From assembly GCA_035559435.1 (NCBI GenBank), contig DATMBC010000017.1, positions 11,848 through 75,847 on the forward strand: a stretch of 64,000 bases of DNA, given 5' to 3'. Shown piece by piece: positions 51,185-61,368 of this stretch. This DNA comes from a bacterium (lineage in GTDB: Bacteria; Zixibacteria; MSB-5A5; WJJR01). The notes beneath the pieces are model-generated. The model was not told the DNA's origin. It was given only the letters and a program-made list of their open reading frames with translations, and ran no database searches. Every line of letters begins with the position of its first letter. The first letter of the stretch is position 1. A program made the position numbers and the translations under genes.

Positions 51185-51841
51185 CTACAGTGATTTGCCG
51201 ATGCGCTCCCACCGGGTGCTGGTGGGGAAATGCGCCAGATTGTAAAACGGAATGGTCAATAGCGGCAGAATGTAGGGGCTCTCCCATTTGGGGGCGTCGG
51301 GATCGGGTTCCCAGGACCAATAGATGAACATCGCCTTGCCGCGGATGAGGTCCTTGTCGAGGAAGCCCCAATCACGCGAATCGCGGGAGTTGTCGCGATT
51401 GTCACCCATGACGAACAGATGTCCGGGCGGGACCACCGCCGGGCCGAAGTTGTCGCGGTTGGACAACTGCGCCGGGAGGATGCGTGTGTCGGTGTACATG
51501 ACTTCGTCGGGAACCGGCGCCGGCTGCCCGTTGACATAGAGCACCTTGTCGCGCACTTCGACGGTCTGGCCTTCGACGGCGACGCAGCGCTTGACATAAT
51601 CCTTGGCCGGATTGAGCGGATACTGGAACACCACGATGTCGCCCGGCTTCGGCTCGGAAAAATGGTAGGCGAACTTGCTGACCAGGAGATAATCTCCGGG
51701 CAGCAGGGTGTTCTGCATCGATTCCGACGGAATGCGGTAGGCCTGCACCACGAAGGCGCGCAGGACGACGCCAATGATCAGCGCGACCAGAATTGCTTCC
51801 AGGTAGTCGCGCGCGGCGCTGCGTGTGGGTTTTGCCAGCAT
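51185..51841 (-). CDS. lepB: Signal peptidase I
   Basis: Catalytic Ser region IPSESMQNTLLPGDYLLV, Lys region KRCVAVEGQTV and GDNRDNSRDSR box. Start taken at the MLAKPTR ATG; the track ORF runs to 52252 via a TTG. Start position is uncertain by 2 nt: the displayed sequence places the ATG at 51837-51839, out of frame with the track ORF. Confidence 0.85.
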   Translation of the reverse strand: MLAKPTRSAARDYLEAILVALIIGVVLRAFVVQAYRIPSESMQNTLLPGDYLLVSKFAYHFSEPKPGDIVVFQYPLNPAKDYVKRCVAVEGQTVEVRDKVLYVNGQPAPVPDEVMYTDTRILPAQLSNRDNFGPAVVPPGHLFVMGDNRDNSRDSRDWGFLDKDLIRGKAMFIYWSWEPDPDAPKWESPYILPLLTIPFYNLAHFPTSTRWERIGKSL

Positions 51842-52052
51842 ACGAAATCCTCGGTGGACGATGGCCGCCGCCAGACCCGGAGAGCGGCCCGCCTTTTGAC
51901 TACATCGGCTGAAAGTCTCAATCCGTTTAGCGGGAATCTGACAGGTTAAGGCGCTGGACGCCAAGGGGCTGGCGAACCGGGGCCACAAAAACGCTCGGCG
52001 GGAGTAAATTTTTGCGCAACCACTGCATCGATCAATGCGTATATACGCATGA

Positions 52053-52421
52053 ATGCATATGAAAAAACCGGACCCATCACCCCAAGTGCCGCCCGAGGCG
52101 CTGCGCGCTTTGGCCGACCCCACGCGCATGAAGATCATGCTCATGCTCGAGGGGCGGCGTCGCACGGTCGGCGAGATTGTCGCGTTCTTCGAACTCTCGC
52201 AGCCGACCATCTCCCGCCATCTGCGGACACTGGCCGAGGCGGGGCTGGTCAAACGCGAGAAATCGGCGCAGAAAGTCTATTACTCGATCAACGGCGATGT
52301 CTTAAGCCAGATCTGCATCGGCCTGGCGACGAGCTTCCCCTGCTGCTGCGTGACGGTGGTTCCGCAACGGGAGGCGGCAGCTTCGTCGGAGGCCCACCCG
52401 CGGAAAGGAGGAAAGCGATGA
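52053..52421 (+). CDS. arsR: ArsR/SmtB-family metalloregulator
   Basis: HTH ALADPTRMKIMLMLEGRRRTVGEIVAFFELSQPTISRHLRTLAEAGLV. C-terminal Cys cluster CCC. Confidence 0.85.
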   Translation: MHMKKPDPSPQVPPEALRALADPTRMKIMLMLEGRRRTVGEIVAFFELSQPTISRHLRTLAEAGLVKREKSAQKVYYSINGDVLSQICIGLATSFPCCCVTVVPQREAAASSEAHPRKGGKR

Positions 52422-52618
52422 CCCGCTATCAGGTGCCGCGCGTCGCGCATTGTTGCGGCGGCGCCCGAGGACCGTCCTCGGCAGGACGGTAAAAGGCCCA
52501 TTGGACATTCTCCGGGGACCCCGCAAGGGGTCTCCCGGAGGCGCGCGTCGCAACGGGCCTTTATCGAATCAGTCTATTTCCGGACATCCACGAAAGTCAA
52601 CGCACAAGAAAGATACCG

Positions 52619-53380
52619 ATGATGAGCCACAAGCAATCCATTACCGATGCGGTGCGGGCGCATTACGCCGCCATTGCCAGCAAACGTGCCTCCTGCTGCG
52701 GACCCGACACCTGCTGCGGCGACGGCGCCGTGACCGATATGACCACCGGTTACCGGCCGGAGGAACTGGGAAAGATTCCGGAGGGAGCCAATCTCAACCT
52801 GGGCTGTGGAAACCCCACCGCCCTCGCCGATCTGCGGCCGGGCGAAGTGGTGATCGATCTTGGCTCGGGCGCCGGGATCGACTGTTTCCTGGCGGCCGAA
52901 CGGGTCGGCCCCGAGGGGCGGGTGATTGGCATCGACATGACCGAAGAAATGATCGCCCAGGCGCGCGCGAACGGCCGGCGCGGCAACTTCCAGAATGTCG
53001 AGTTTCGTCACGGGCAGATTGAGGCCATGCCGGTGGCGGACAACACCGCCGACGTCATCATTTCCAATTGTGTGATCAACCTCGCGCCGGACAAGGAGCA
53101 GGTCTTCCGCGAGATGTTCCGTGTGCTCAAGCCCGGGGGGCGTTTCATCGTCTCCGACATCGTCACCCGCGGACAGATTCCCGACGCCCGGCGCCGCGAC
53201 ATGGAAGCGTGGGCCGGCTGCATCGCCGGCGCCCTGCCGAAGGAGGCCTACCTGGCGATCGTCCAGGCGGTGGGCTTCACCGAGCTGGACATCCGCGCCG
53301 AGGTCGAATACGACTACCAGAGATCGGCCGACTTCGCGCTGATGTCGCTGACCCTGGCGGCGCGCAAGCCGGCGGCCTGA
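52619..53380 (+). CDS. arsM: Arsenite S-adenosylmethionine methyltransferase
   Basis: Conserved Cys pairs (CCGPDTCCG) and SAM motif [11 protein letters not shown]. Genomic pairing with arsR. Confidence 0.8.
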   Translation: MMSHKQSITDAVRAHYAAIASKRASCCGPDTCCGDGAVTDMTTGYRPEELGKIPEGANLNLGCGNPTALADLRPGEVVIDLGSGAGIDCFLAAERVGPEGRVIGIDMTEEMIAQARANGRRGNFQNVEFRHGQIEAMPVADNTADVIISNCVINLAPDKEQVFREMFRVLKPGGRFIVSDIVTRGQIPDARRRDMEAWAGCIAGALPKEAYLAIVQAVGFTELDIRAEVEYDYQRSADFALMSLTLAARKPAA

Positions 53381-53442
53381 GGACGCATGTCAACGGACTT
53401 TCCCCGGATCGCGCTCTCCCCTACCTTGGCCGGGGGGAGACG

Positions 53443-53946
53443 ATGTTCAACTTCGATCCGACCTTTGATTACGAGCGCGCGCTGTTTTTCATGAAGCAGG
53501 CGCTGCGCGAGGCGCAGCGGGCCTTCGACGAGGGGGAAGTGCCGATCGGGGCGGTGGTGGTCAAGGAGGGGATGGTCGTGGGACGCGGCCACAACCAGAC
53601 GGAGCGTCTCAACGATCCCACCGCCCACGCGGAAATCCTGGCGTTGGGCGCGGCCTCGGAACACTTCGACTCGTGGCGGCTGCTGGACGCGACGGTCTAC
53701 TCGACCATTGAACCCTGCGTCATGTGCGCGGGGGCGCTGGTGATGGCGCGGGTCAAGCGGGTGGTCTATGGCGCGCCCGATCCGAAGTTCGGCGGCTGTG
53801 TCTCGATCTTCAAGATCCCGACCGACGCACGCCTCAATCACCGGGTGGATGTGGTGGGGGGTGTGATGGCGGAAGAGGCCGCGGAGCTGATGCGGCTTTT
53901 TTTCGCCAAACGCCGTGAACAGAACCCCGGACGCCGAGGCCCATGA
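53443..53946 (+). CDS. tadA: tRNA-specific adenosine deaminase
   Basis: HAEILAL and PCVMCAGAL zinc-binding CDA motifs. Start at the MFNFDP ATG with a GGGGGGAGA RBS. The track ORF starts at 53068. Confidence 0.9.
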   Translation: MFNFDPTFDYERALFFMKQALREAQRAFDEGEVPIGAVVVKEGMVVGRGHNQTERLNDPTAHAEILALGAASEHFDSWRLLDATVYSTIEPCVMCAGALVMARVKRVVYGAPDPKFGGCVSIFKIPTDARLNHRVDVVGGVMAEEAAELMRLFFAKRREQNPGRRGP

Positions 53947-54464
53947 TGGATCAATCCAACGGATCGCCGACGCCGTTTCGGTCGGCGGCGCACGATTTCG
54001 ATGACTTGGCGGCGCGGGCTTTGCGCATCGCGCTGGCGGTCAATGTCGTCATCCCGCTCCTGCTCTTTGTGGCCATCTACCTGCTCAAAAGCGCCGCGAT
54101 CATCCCGTCGTCCGTGTCCATCCCCACCTCAACGCAGCGACTTTTGTTCATCGTGATGGCGCTGGTGGCGGTCTCGGAAGTGGCCGTGGGTTTCATCGTG
54201 CGCAAGGCGCTGTTTGCGCCGGCGAAACTGCGGCTGATTCTGGCCGACGCCGATCTGTTCGCGAAGATGGTGATGGGCGCCGGCATCGTGCTCGCGGCGC
54301 TGGGAGCGGCCTCGATGGTTTACGGGATTGTCCTGTATGCGCTCGGCGCGCCCGAAAGCTGGGTTGCCGTCTTTGGATTGATCGGGCTGGTCCACTTTCG
54401 CCTGCTGCGTCCCACATCCGAATTCCTGCGCGCCGCGGCCACCCGTGCCGCCGCTGCGGCATGA
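53943..54464 (+). CDS. Hypothetical membrane protein (4 predicted TM helices)
   Basis: ATGA overlap with tadA. Hydrophobic helices. No motif recognised. Confidence 0.45.
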   Translation: MMDQSNGSPTPFRSAAHDFDDLAARALRIALAVNVVIPLLLFVAIYLLKSAAIIPSSVSIPTSTQRLLFIVMALVAVSEVAVGFIVRKALFAPAKLRLILADADLFAKMVMGAGIVLAALGAASMVYGIVLYALGAPESWVAVFGLIGLVHFRLLRPTSEFLRAAATRAAAAA

Positions 54465-54568
54465 GACACCCGGGCCGAGGGCACGGAAACCGCTTGATCG
54501 GCAGACTGTTTTTGTGCGATTTAGGGATTCACGATTGTGGTTTCCATGTGAACTCGAGGGTGTGATTC

Positions 54569-55624
54569 ATGAACGAGGCGGCAAGAAGCCAATTGATGGA
54601 TGAGTTTGTCGGCACGCTGGCTCCGCTGCACCTGTATCCGCTCTGGCGCCAGCAGGGACTTTTGATCCGCAAGCCGACCACCCGGGCGATTCCCTACCTG
54701 TGGCCTTATGCGCCGATCCGCGAACGGCTGCTGCGCGCCGGCGAATTGATCACCGCCGAGGAGGCCGAGCGCCGCGTGCTGATTCTGCGCAACCCCGGAC
54801 TGGAGGGAAAGCCGGCCGCAACCGCGCGGTTGTATGCCGGCATGCAGCTGGTCCTGCCGCATGAAATCGCGCCGGCTCATTACCACTCGGCCAGCGCGAT
54901 CCGGTTTGTCGTCGAGGGAGCGGGAGCCTACACGGCCGTCGACGGCGAGCGCGCGATCATGGCGCCGGGCGATCTGGTCCTCACCGCCGCCTGGGCGGTG
55001 CATGACCACGGCAACGAGACTGATGTCCCGATGATCTGGCTGGATGGACTGGACCTGCCGCTGGTCAATGGCCTGGAGTGCTCCTTTTTCAGCGAGATTG
55101 AGACGCGCACCCAGAAACTGACGCTGCCGGATGACGTTTCGGAGCGCACCTACGCGCAGGGGGCGATGCGTCCCGATTGGGTCGCCTGGTCGAAGAACCA
55201 TTCGCCCCTGATGAAGTATCCCTGGACGGCGACGGAGCGGATTCTGCTGGACGCGTGGAAAGATGGCGCCGCCGGCACGCCCGCCGATGCGATTCGCTTT
55301 GAATACACCAATCCCATCACCGGCGGGCCGGTTTTGCCGACGATGTCCTGCTTTGCGCAACTGTTGCCGCCGCAGTCGCACACCGCGGCGCACCGTCACA
55401 CCGCCAGCGCGGTTTACCATGTGGTGCGCGGCGGCGGCACGACGATCATCGACGGGGAGCCGATCCATTGGCAGGAGAAGGACACCTTCGCCCTGCCGGG
55501 GTGGGCAGTCCATGAACACATCAATTCATGCACGGAGCCCGCGCTGCTGTTCTCGTTTACCGACGATCCGACGCTGCGGGCGCTGGGGTTTTACCACGAA
55601 CGCTCCGAACAACGACAGGGCTGA
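54569..55624 (+). CDS. Gentisate 1,2-dioxygenase (bicupin)
   Basis: Two cupin modules with the His triads HYHSASAIRFVVEG...H and HRHTASAVYHVV...H. About 350 aa, typical of gentisate/1-hydroxy-2-naphthoate dioxygenases. Confidence 0.85.
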   Translation: MNEAARSQLMDEFVGTLAPLHLYPLWRQQGLLIRKPTTRAIPYLWPYAPIRERLLRAGELITAEEAERRVLILRNPGLEGKPAATARLYAGMQLVLPHEIAPAHYHSASAIRFVVEGAGAYTAVDGERAIMAPGDLVLTAAWAVHDHGNETDVPMIWLDGLDLPLVNGLECSFFSEIETRTQKLTLPDDVSERTYAQGAMRPDWVAWSKNHSPLMKYPWTATERILLDAWKDGAAGTPADAIRFEYTNPITGGPVLPTMSCFAQLLPPQSHTAAHRHTASAVYHVVRGGGTTIIDGEPIHWQEKDTFALPGWAVHEHINSCTEPALLFSFTDDPTLRALGFYHERSEQRQG

Positions 55625-55630
55625 CAACCG

Positions 55631-56469
55631 TGCGCTTGCTCACTTTGAAAAGCCCCGCCGGGCCGGTGGCCGCGGTGGAGCGTCCTGAGGGACGCCGCCT
55701 CATTCAGAATCAGCAGGGACAGACCTATCCCGACATCGGCGCGCTATTGCGCGAAAGCGATTGGCGCGCGATCGCCGAACGGGCCAGCCGGCCGGCGGCG
55801 ATGGACTGGCCGGTCCTGCGACCGATCCACGAGCCCGGCGCCACGGTCTGCGTCGGACTGAATTATCGTCGCCACATTCAAGAGATGGGGCGTCAGATGC
55901 CGACTGTCCCCACTCTGTTTGCCAAGATTCCGCGGGCGCTGACCGACCCCGAGACCACCATCATGCTGCCCGCAGCGTCGGAGATGGTCGATTACGAGGG
56001 CGAACTGACGATCGTCATCGGACGCGGCGGACGAAATATCCCGTCGGAACGCGCTTGGGAGGCGGTCGCGGGGCTCACGCTGTTGAATGACGTCACCGCC
56101 CGTGATTTCCAGAAGCGGTCGTTGCAGTGGTTTGCCGGCAAAAACTGGGAACGCTGCACACCGGTCGGGCCGGCGGTGGTGACCCCCGATGACCTGCCCG
56201 GGTTCGGGGAACGGGAGATTGTCACGCGGGTCAACGGGCAGGAGCGCCAGCGCTCGCCGTTGTCGGATCTCATCTTCGATGTCCCGACGCTGGTGGCCGA
56301 CTTATCGCGCATCATCACCCTGCACCCCGGCGATTTGATCGCCACCGGCACGCCGGGCGGTGTCGGTGACGCGATGACGCCGCCATCGTATCTGCAACCG
56401 GGGGACACCGTGGAGATCACCATCGACGGGATCGGCACCCTGCGCAATCGGTTCGACCGGGTCCGATGA
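55631..56469 (+). CDS. Fumarylacetoacetate hydrolase (FAH) family hydrolase, fumarylpyruvate hydrolase-like
   Basis: NYRRH...DYEGEL...NDVTARD FAH-family motifs. Start placed at the GTG (55631) after the dioxygenase stop. The track ORF starts at 55528. Confidence 0.8.
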
Positions 56470-57116
56470 TCATCGATCCACGCACACTGGACCGGGCCGC
56501 GCTGAACGGGCTCATCAACGGGCTGGTGATTCCGCGCCCAATCGCCTGGGTCTCGACCCTGAGCGCGCAGGGGCAGCCGAACCTGGCGCCGTTCTCGTTT
56601 TTCAACGCCTTCTCCTTCTTTCCGCCCACCGTGGCCATCGGCCCGGGGAGCCGTCAAGGCGTCAACAAGGACACCCTGCGCAATATCCGCGCGACCGGGG
56701 AGTTTGCCATCTCGCTGGTGAGCGAGGCGTTGGCGCGTCTGGCCAACGCCACCGGCGCCGAGTTTCCCCCCGAGGTCAACGAGTGGGAGGCGCTGGGGAT
56801 CGAGGGCGCCGATTGCGTGGAGATCCGCCCGCAACGAGTCGCCGCCTCGCCGGCGGCGTTTGAATGCAAGTTGCTGCAGATTGTCGACCTCGGCGCGCCG
56901 GAGCTGCCGACCAACTCGCTGGTCATCGGACGGGTTGTGCGCATTCATGTCGACGATGCGGCCATGGATGGGATGCGTCCGCGTTCGGCGGCGTTGCGTC
57001 TGGTGGCGCGCATGGGCGGGACCGAGTGGTGCCGCACCACCGACACTTTCCATCTGATGCGTCCGGCCAGCGCCGACCCTGCGGCGGTGCGGCGGGAGCT
57101 GGACGAGGGCCAATGA
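56466..57116 (+). CDS. Flavin reductase-like FMN-binding split-barrel protein
   Basis: Flavin_Reduct-like fold motifs (RPIAWVST...NLAPFSFF). ATGA overlap with the FAH gene. Confidence 0.75.
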   Translation: MIIDPRTLDRAALNGLINGLVIPRPIAWVSTLSAQGQPNLAPFSFFNAFSFFPPTVAIGPGSRQGVNKDTLRNIRATGEFAISLVSEALARLANATGAEFPPEVNEWEALGIEGADCVEIRPQRVAASPAAFECKLLQIVDLGAPELPTNSLVIGRVVRIHVDDAAMDGMRPRSAALRLVARMGGTEWCRTTDTFHLMRPASADPAAVRRELDEGQ

Positions 57117-57135
57117 TCCGCCTGCTGCGTTTCCC

Positions 57136-59154
57136 GTGAACCGACTCCTCGCGCCCCAGACCGTCGCCGTCATCGGCGCTTCGCCCCATCCGGACAAGAT
57201 CGGCCATGTGCTGATGCGCAACCTGGCCGGGTTTGCCGGACGGGTCTATCCGGTGCATCCGTCCGCGGACGAGGTGCTGGGATGCCGCGCCTATCCCTCG
57301 GTGCGCGCGATACCGGAAACGATCGATCTGGCATTGGTGGCGATCCCGCCACAGGCGACGCCGACGGCGCTGGAAGATTGCGCCGCGGCCGGAGTCGGCG
57401 CGGCGATCATCTACTCAGGGGGATGGGCCGAGGCAGGCGGCGAAGGCATCACCGCGCAGGCCCAGGCCTTGCAAATCGCGCGCGCCGCGGGGCTGCGCCT
57501 GCTGGGACCGAACACTTCGGGGTTTGTGCTGCCGGCGGCGGGACTGTATGCCACCTTCGTCCCCGATTTGCCGTCCAAGCTGCAGGGTGGTACGCTGGCC
57601 ATCGTGTCGCAGAGCGGTGGGGTCAATGTCAGTCTCTGTTTCCTGGCGCAGAATGAAGGACTGGGAGTTCGTCTGGGGATCGGCCTCGGCAATGCCTGTG
57701 ATATCGGCTGGTCCGACGCTCTCGACTGGCTGGCGGCGGACCGTGAGACCGCCGTGGTCGCGCTGGCGCTGGAAGGCGTGGTGAATGGGCGCGCGCTCTA
57801 TGAGTCGCTGGAGCGGCTCACGGCCAAGCATCCGGTGGTGGCATACACCGTGGGACGCAGCGATGTCGGCGGATTCGCCAAGTCGCACACCGGCGTGCTG
57901 ACCGGAAGCCATCGGGTCAAACGCGCGGCGCTGGCGCAGGCGGGCGCGGTGGTGGTCGACTCGCTGACGGAGTTGATCGATGCGGCGCAAGCGTTGGGCG
58001 CGACGCGTCTGATGCCCCGCCGCGATTACGGCGTCGGCGTTGTCACCGGCCAGGCCGGGCCGGGCCTGATTCTCACCGATGAATTGCGCGCGCGTGGGAT
58101 TTCGCTGCCGCCGTTGCCGAAGACGTCGCGCGCGCGGCTGACCGAATTGCTTCCCCCGCTCACTTATCAGGAAAACCCCGTCGATACCGGCCGTCCGGGA
58201 CCGACCTTTACGCAAGTCATCCAAACGGTGCGTCAGGCCGAAGGCATCGACCTGTTGGCGGTTTCGCTTCTGCACGAACCCGGCGCGGTCGATCCCGTGA
58301 GCGCGTTGGCCGATGCCGCACCGTGTGTGCTCTGCAGTCTAGGGCCGGCGGAATCGACCGCCGAAGTCCGCGACCATCTGAGGTCGGCACGTATACCGGT
58401 TCTGCCGTCGCCCGAACGGGCCGCGGCGGGTGTGGCGGCCTTGATTGACGATGCCCGCCGGCAATGGCGAAAGTCGCAGCAGAGGCCCGGTCGCTCCCCA
58501 TCAAATGCGCCGCAGTTCCGGCCCGCCGATGGCGTGTGGAACGAGGATTCCGCCAAGGAATTGGTCGCGCAACTTGGCATCGCGGTGCCGCCGCGTGTTG
58601 TCTGCGCAACAGTCGCCGAGGCGGAGGCGGCTTTTGCCCGTCTCGGCCCACCGGTGGTCGCCAAGATTTTGCACGTCGATATCGCGCACAAGACCGAAGC
58701 CGGAGGAGTGCATTTGAATGTGCGCACGGTCGATGGATTGCGCGGCGCATTGGAGGCGATGAGCCGAATCGCGGGGGGTCGTTATCTTATCGAACGCATG
58801 GCGGCGCCCGGTCCGGAGTTGCTCATCGGGGCGCGTCGCGACCCATCCTTCGGGCCGATTGTCGCGCTGGGCAGCGGCGGGATTGGCACGGAGGTCGATG
58901 ACGATGCGGTGATCCGTCTGGCGCCGCTTTCGACCGCCGAAGCGGCGACGATGCTCGATGAACTGAAATCGGCGGCGCGGTACCGGGGATTCCGCGGCGA
59001 TCCGCGGGTCGATGAGCAGGTCTTGGCAGAGGCGCTGGCGGCCTTGGGAAATCTGCTGGCAATGCGCAGTGATATCAACGAGATCGAGATCAATCCGTTG
59101 CGGGTCACTGACCAGGGATTGATCGCGCTCGATGCGCTGGTGGTGGCGCGTTGA
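57136..59154 (+). CDS. NDP-forming acyl-CoA synthetase (acetate--CoA ligase [ADP-forming]-like), fused alpha and beta domains
   Basis: N-terminal CoA-binding Rossmann motif VAVIGASPHPDKIGHVLMRNL, succinyl-CoA-synthetase-like ligase domain and C-terminal ATP-grasp domain. Confidence 0.8.
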   Translation: MNRLLAPQTVAVIGASPHPDKIGHVLMRNLAGFAGRVYPVHPSADEVLGCRAYPSVRAIPETIDLALVAIPPQATPTALEDCAAAGVGAAIIYSGGWAEAGGEGITAQAQALQIARAAGLRLLGPNTSGFVLPAAGLYATFVPDLPSKLQGGTLAIVSQSGGVNVSLCFLAQNEGLGVRLGIGLGNACDIGWSDALDWLAADRETAVVALALEGVVNGRALYESLERLTAKHPVVAYTVGRSDVGGFAKSHTGVLTGSHRVKRAALAQAGAVVVDSLTELIDAAQALGATRLMPRRDYGVGVVTGQAGPGLILTDELRARGISLPPLPKTSRARLTELLPPLTYQENPVDTGRPGPTFTQVIQTVRQAEGIDLLAVSLLHEPGAVDPVSALADAAPCVLCSLGPAESTAEVRDHLRSARIPVLPSPERAAAGVAALIDDARRQWRKSQQRPGRSPSNAPQFRPADGVWNEDSAKELVAQLGIAVPPRVVCATVAEAEAAFARLGPPVVAKILHVDIAHKTEAGGVHLNVRTVDGLRGALEAMSRIAGGRYLIERMAAPGPELLIGARRDPSFGPIVALGSGGIGTEVDDDAVIRLAPLSTAEAATMLDELKSAARYRGFRGDPRVDEQVLAEALAALGNLLAMRSDINEIEINPLRVTDQGLIALDALVVAR

Positions 59155-60365
59155 CCCGGCGTGACGTCATCGTGGTCGGCGCCGGACCGGTCGGGATGAC
59201 CGCGGCGCTGGCGTTGCGGAGTCTCGGCCTGCCGGCGACGATCATCGAGGCGGGCGCCCCCGATCGGGTCCGTCCCGGCAGCCGCGCCATCTTCATTCAC
59301 CGCGCTTCGCTTCTGCTCCTGGAACAGATCCAGTCCGGGTTGGGCATTGAACTGAACCGCCATGGCCTGACCTGGCAGACCAAGCGCACGCTCTATCGCG
59401 GACGCGAGGTCTTCCGACGGACTTATCCGCCGCCGCCGACGAACGTGATTCCCACCGCGACCAGTCTGCCGCAGATTGTCACCGAACAGGTGCTCTATCG
59501 CGCCTGTGTCGCCGCCGGTGTGGAATTCATCTGGGACACGCCGGTCACCGCCGCGTCGGCGGAGCCCGATGCCGTCGCCCTGGCGACATCGATGGGTGAG
59601 GCCTTCGCCGCGCGCTATGTAATCGCCGCCGACGGCGCGCGTTCGGCGGTGCGTGAAACCGCCGGGTTGCGTCTCGAGGGACCGCAGACCACCAACGCGT
59701 TCGTGATCGTGGATGCCGCCGAAGATCCGACCCGGCCGCTGCCGGTGGAACGTGTGTTCCACTACGAGCATCCGGCGGTCGACGGGCGCAACGTCCTCTA
59801 TGTGCCATTCGCCGGACATTGGCGGATCGACCTGCAGTGCCATCCGGGGGATGATCCCGACAGCTTCAGCGGCGCCGAGGGCGCGCGTCGCTGGTTGCCC
59901 CACGTAATTCGTCCCGATTACGCTGATCGGATCACCTGGGTGTCGACGTATATCTTCCGCCAGGCGGTGGCCGACTCCTTCGCCGATGCGAGGCGGCGCA
60001 TCCTATTGACCGGAGAGGCGGCGCATGTGTTCGCCCCCTTCGGGGCGCGGGGGTTGAATTCGGGGATTCCCGATGCCTGTCTGGCGGCGCGTGCCATCCA
60101 TAAAGCGCTGTCCGCCAGTTCGCCCGGCGAGGCCGCCGCCGCCATCGAGCACTTCGCGCGGTCGCGCCGCGCCGCGGCACTGCGCAATCGCGCATCATCC
60201 AATGTTGCCCTCCGCCACTTGACCGCACCGACCCCCTGGCGCCGCCTGGCGCGCCGCGGCGCCGCCGCGCTGGCGCCGATGATTTCAGCCACGGGGAAAT
60301 GGCTCGATCGCGCGCCCTATGGCCCGCCGCTCGGGTCGCCTGATGCCGATGGGATGCAGTATTAG
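59151..60365 (+). CDS. FAD-dependent aromatic-ring monooxygenase (salicylate / 3-hydroxybenzoate hydroxylase-like)
   Basis: GxGxxG VIVVGAGPVGMTAALAL, DG motif IAADGARSAVR and a GD-type motif. GTGA overlap with the ligase gene. Confidence 0.8.
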   Translation: MTRRDVIVVGAGPVGMTAALALRSLGLPATIIEAGAPDRVRPGSRAIFIHRASLLLLEQIQSGLGIELNRHGLTWQTKRTLYRGREVFRRTYPPPPTNVIPTATSLPQIVTEQVLYRACVAAGVEFIWDTPVTAASAEPDAVALATSMGEAFAARYVIAADGARSAVRETAGLRLEGPQTTNAFVIVDAAEDPTRPLPVERVFHYEHPAVDGRNVLYVPFAGHWRIDLQCHPGDDPDSFSGAEGARRWLPHVIRPDYADRITWVSTYIFRQAVADSFADARRRILLTGEAAHVFAPFGARGLNSGIPDACLAARAIHKALSASSPGEAAAAIEHFARSRRAAALRNRASSNVALRHLTAPTPWRRLARRGAAALAPMISATGKWLDRAPYGPPLGSPDADGMQY

Positions 60366-60501
60366 TGCGTGACCGTCAGCGGCGGCTCGGCACCTTCGGG
60401 CCTCGCCCTCCTAAAATGTAATGAGGGGGCGTGATTTGGCTACTGCGGAGACAAGGGGCTTTCAACCCCTTGATTGATGGATCACCGATTCAGCGACCCT
60501 G

Positions 60502-61347
60502 TCAGATCGAAAGACCGCCATCGATGGCGATCAACTGGCCGGTGATGTAGGACGCATCATCGGAGGCGAGGAAAGCCACCAGGCGCGCCGCCTCCTCGGG
60601 ACGTCCCATGCGCGCCGCCGGGACCATGCCGCTGATCCGTTCGCGCTCCTTCGACGTCAGTTCGACGGTGCGCGGCGTTTCGAAGATGCCCGTGGCGACG
60701 CAGTTGACGGTGATGCCGCGGGCGGCGTTTTCGACCGCCAGCGCGCGCGCCAGACCGGTGATCGCCGATTCGCCGGTCATGACCTGGCCATACTGACGGC
60801 GGTTCTGCCGCCAAGGGGTCTCGACCACAAAGATGACCCGTCCGCCGCCGTGCTGGCGCATCGGGTTGATCAGGGCGCGGGTGAGATTGTAGGCCCCGCC
60901 GAGCCCTTCATGGACGACCAGGTCCCAATCCTTGCGGTGCAGCAGATGGATTGGCGTTTCGGTGCGGAAGTCGGCGAAGTGCACGAGGATATCGACCACG
61001 CCCAGGTGATCGAAGACATCGGCGACCATGTGGGCGCATGCGATTTCATTGGTGATGTCGGTATCGATGGCCAGCGACTTGGAGCCGAACGACTGAATGA
61101 CGCTGCAGAGAGTTTCGGCCGGATGCGGCTGGCCATGATGGATGATGGCGACATCGGCGCCATGCTGGGCCAGTTCGGTGGCGATGGCGCGCGCAATGCC
61201 GGACGCGCCGCCGGACACAATGGCGACACGTCCCCGCAGGGACGCGGCGGACGCGACGGCTACGCGGGGATTGTCGTGGGGTTCGGGCGCGAAGGTGAAA
61301 CGTGACAGGCGGCTTTGGCCGGTGGTGAGTGTGTCGGACGTGCTCAT
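60502..61347 (-). CDS. Short-chain dehydrogenase/reductase (SDR) family oxidoreductase
   Basis: TGxxxGxG cofactor motif IVSGGASGIARA and Yxxx(K) active-site region. The true start may be internal to the track ORF. Confidence 0.8.
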   Translation of the reverse strand: MSTSDTLTTGQSRLSRFTFAPEPHDNPRVAVASAASLRGRVAIVSGGASGIARAIATELAQHGADVAIIHHGQPHPAETLCSVIQSFGSKSLAIDTDITNEIACAHMVADVFDHLGVVDILVHFADFRTETPIHLLHRKDWDLVVHEGLGGAYNLTRALINPMRQHGGGRVIFVVETPWRQNRRQYGQVMTGESAITGLARALAVENAARGITVNCVATGIFETPRTVELTSKERERISGMVPAARMGRPEEAARLVAFLASDDASYITGQLIAIDGGLSI

Positions 61348-61368
61348 CGATCCCCCCTGTGGCGATGG

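Noticed and set aside
51842-52252. 137-aa N-terminal extension of the lepB track ORF starting at a TTG
   Set aside because: The extension is Arg/Ser-rich without TM or motif content. Signal peptidase I sequences begin near the MLAKPTR...TM helix. The extension would also overlap the divergent arsR promoter region.
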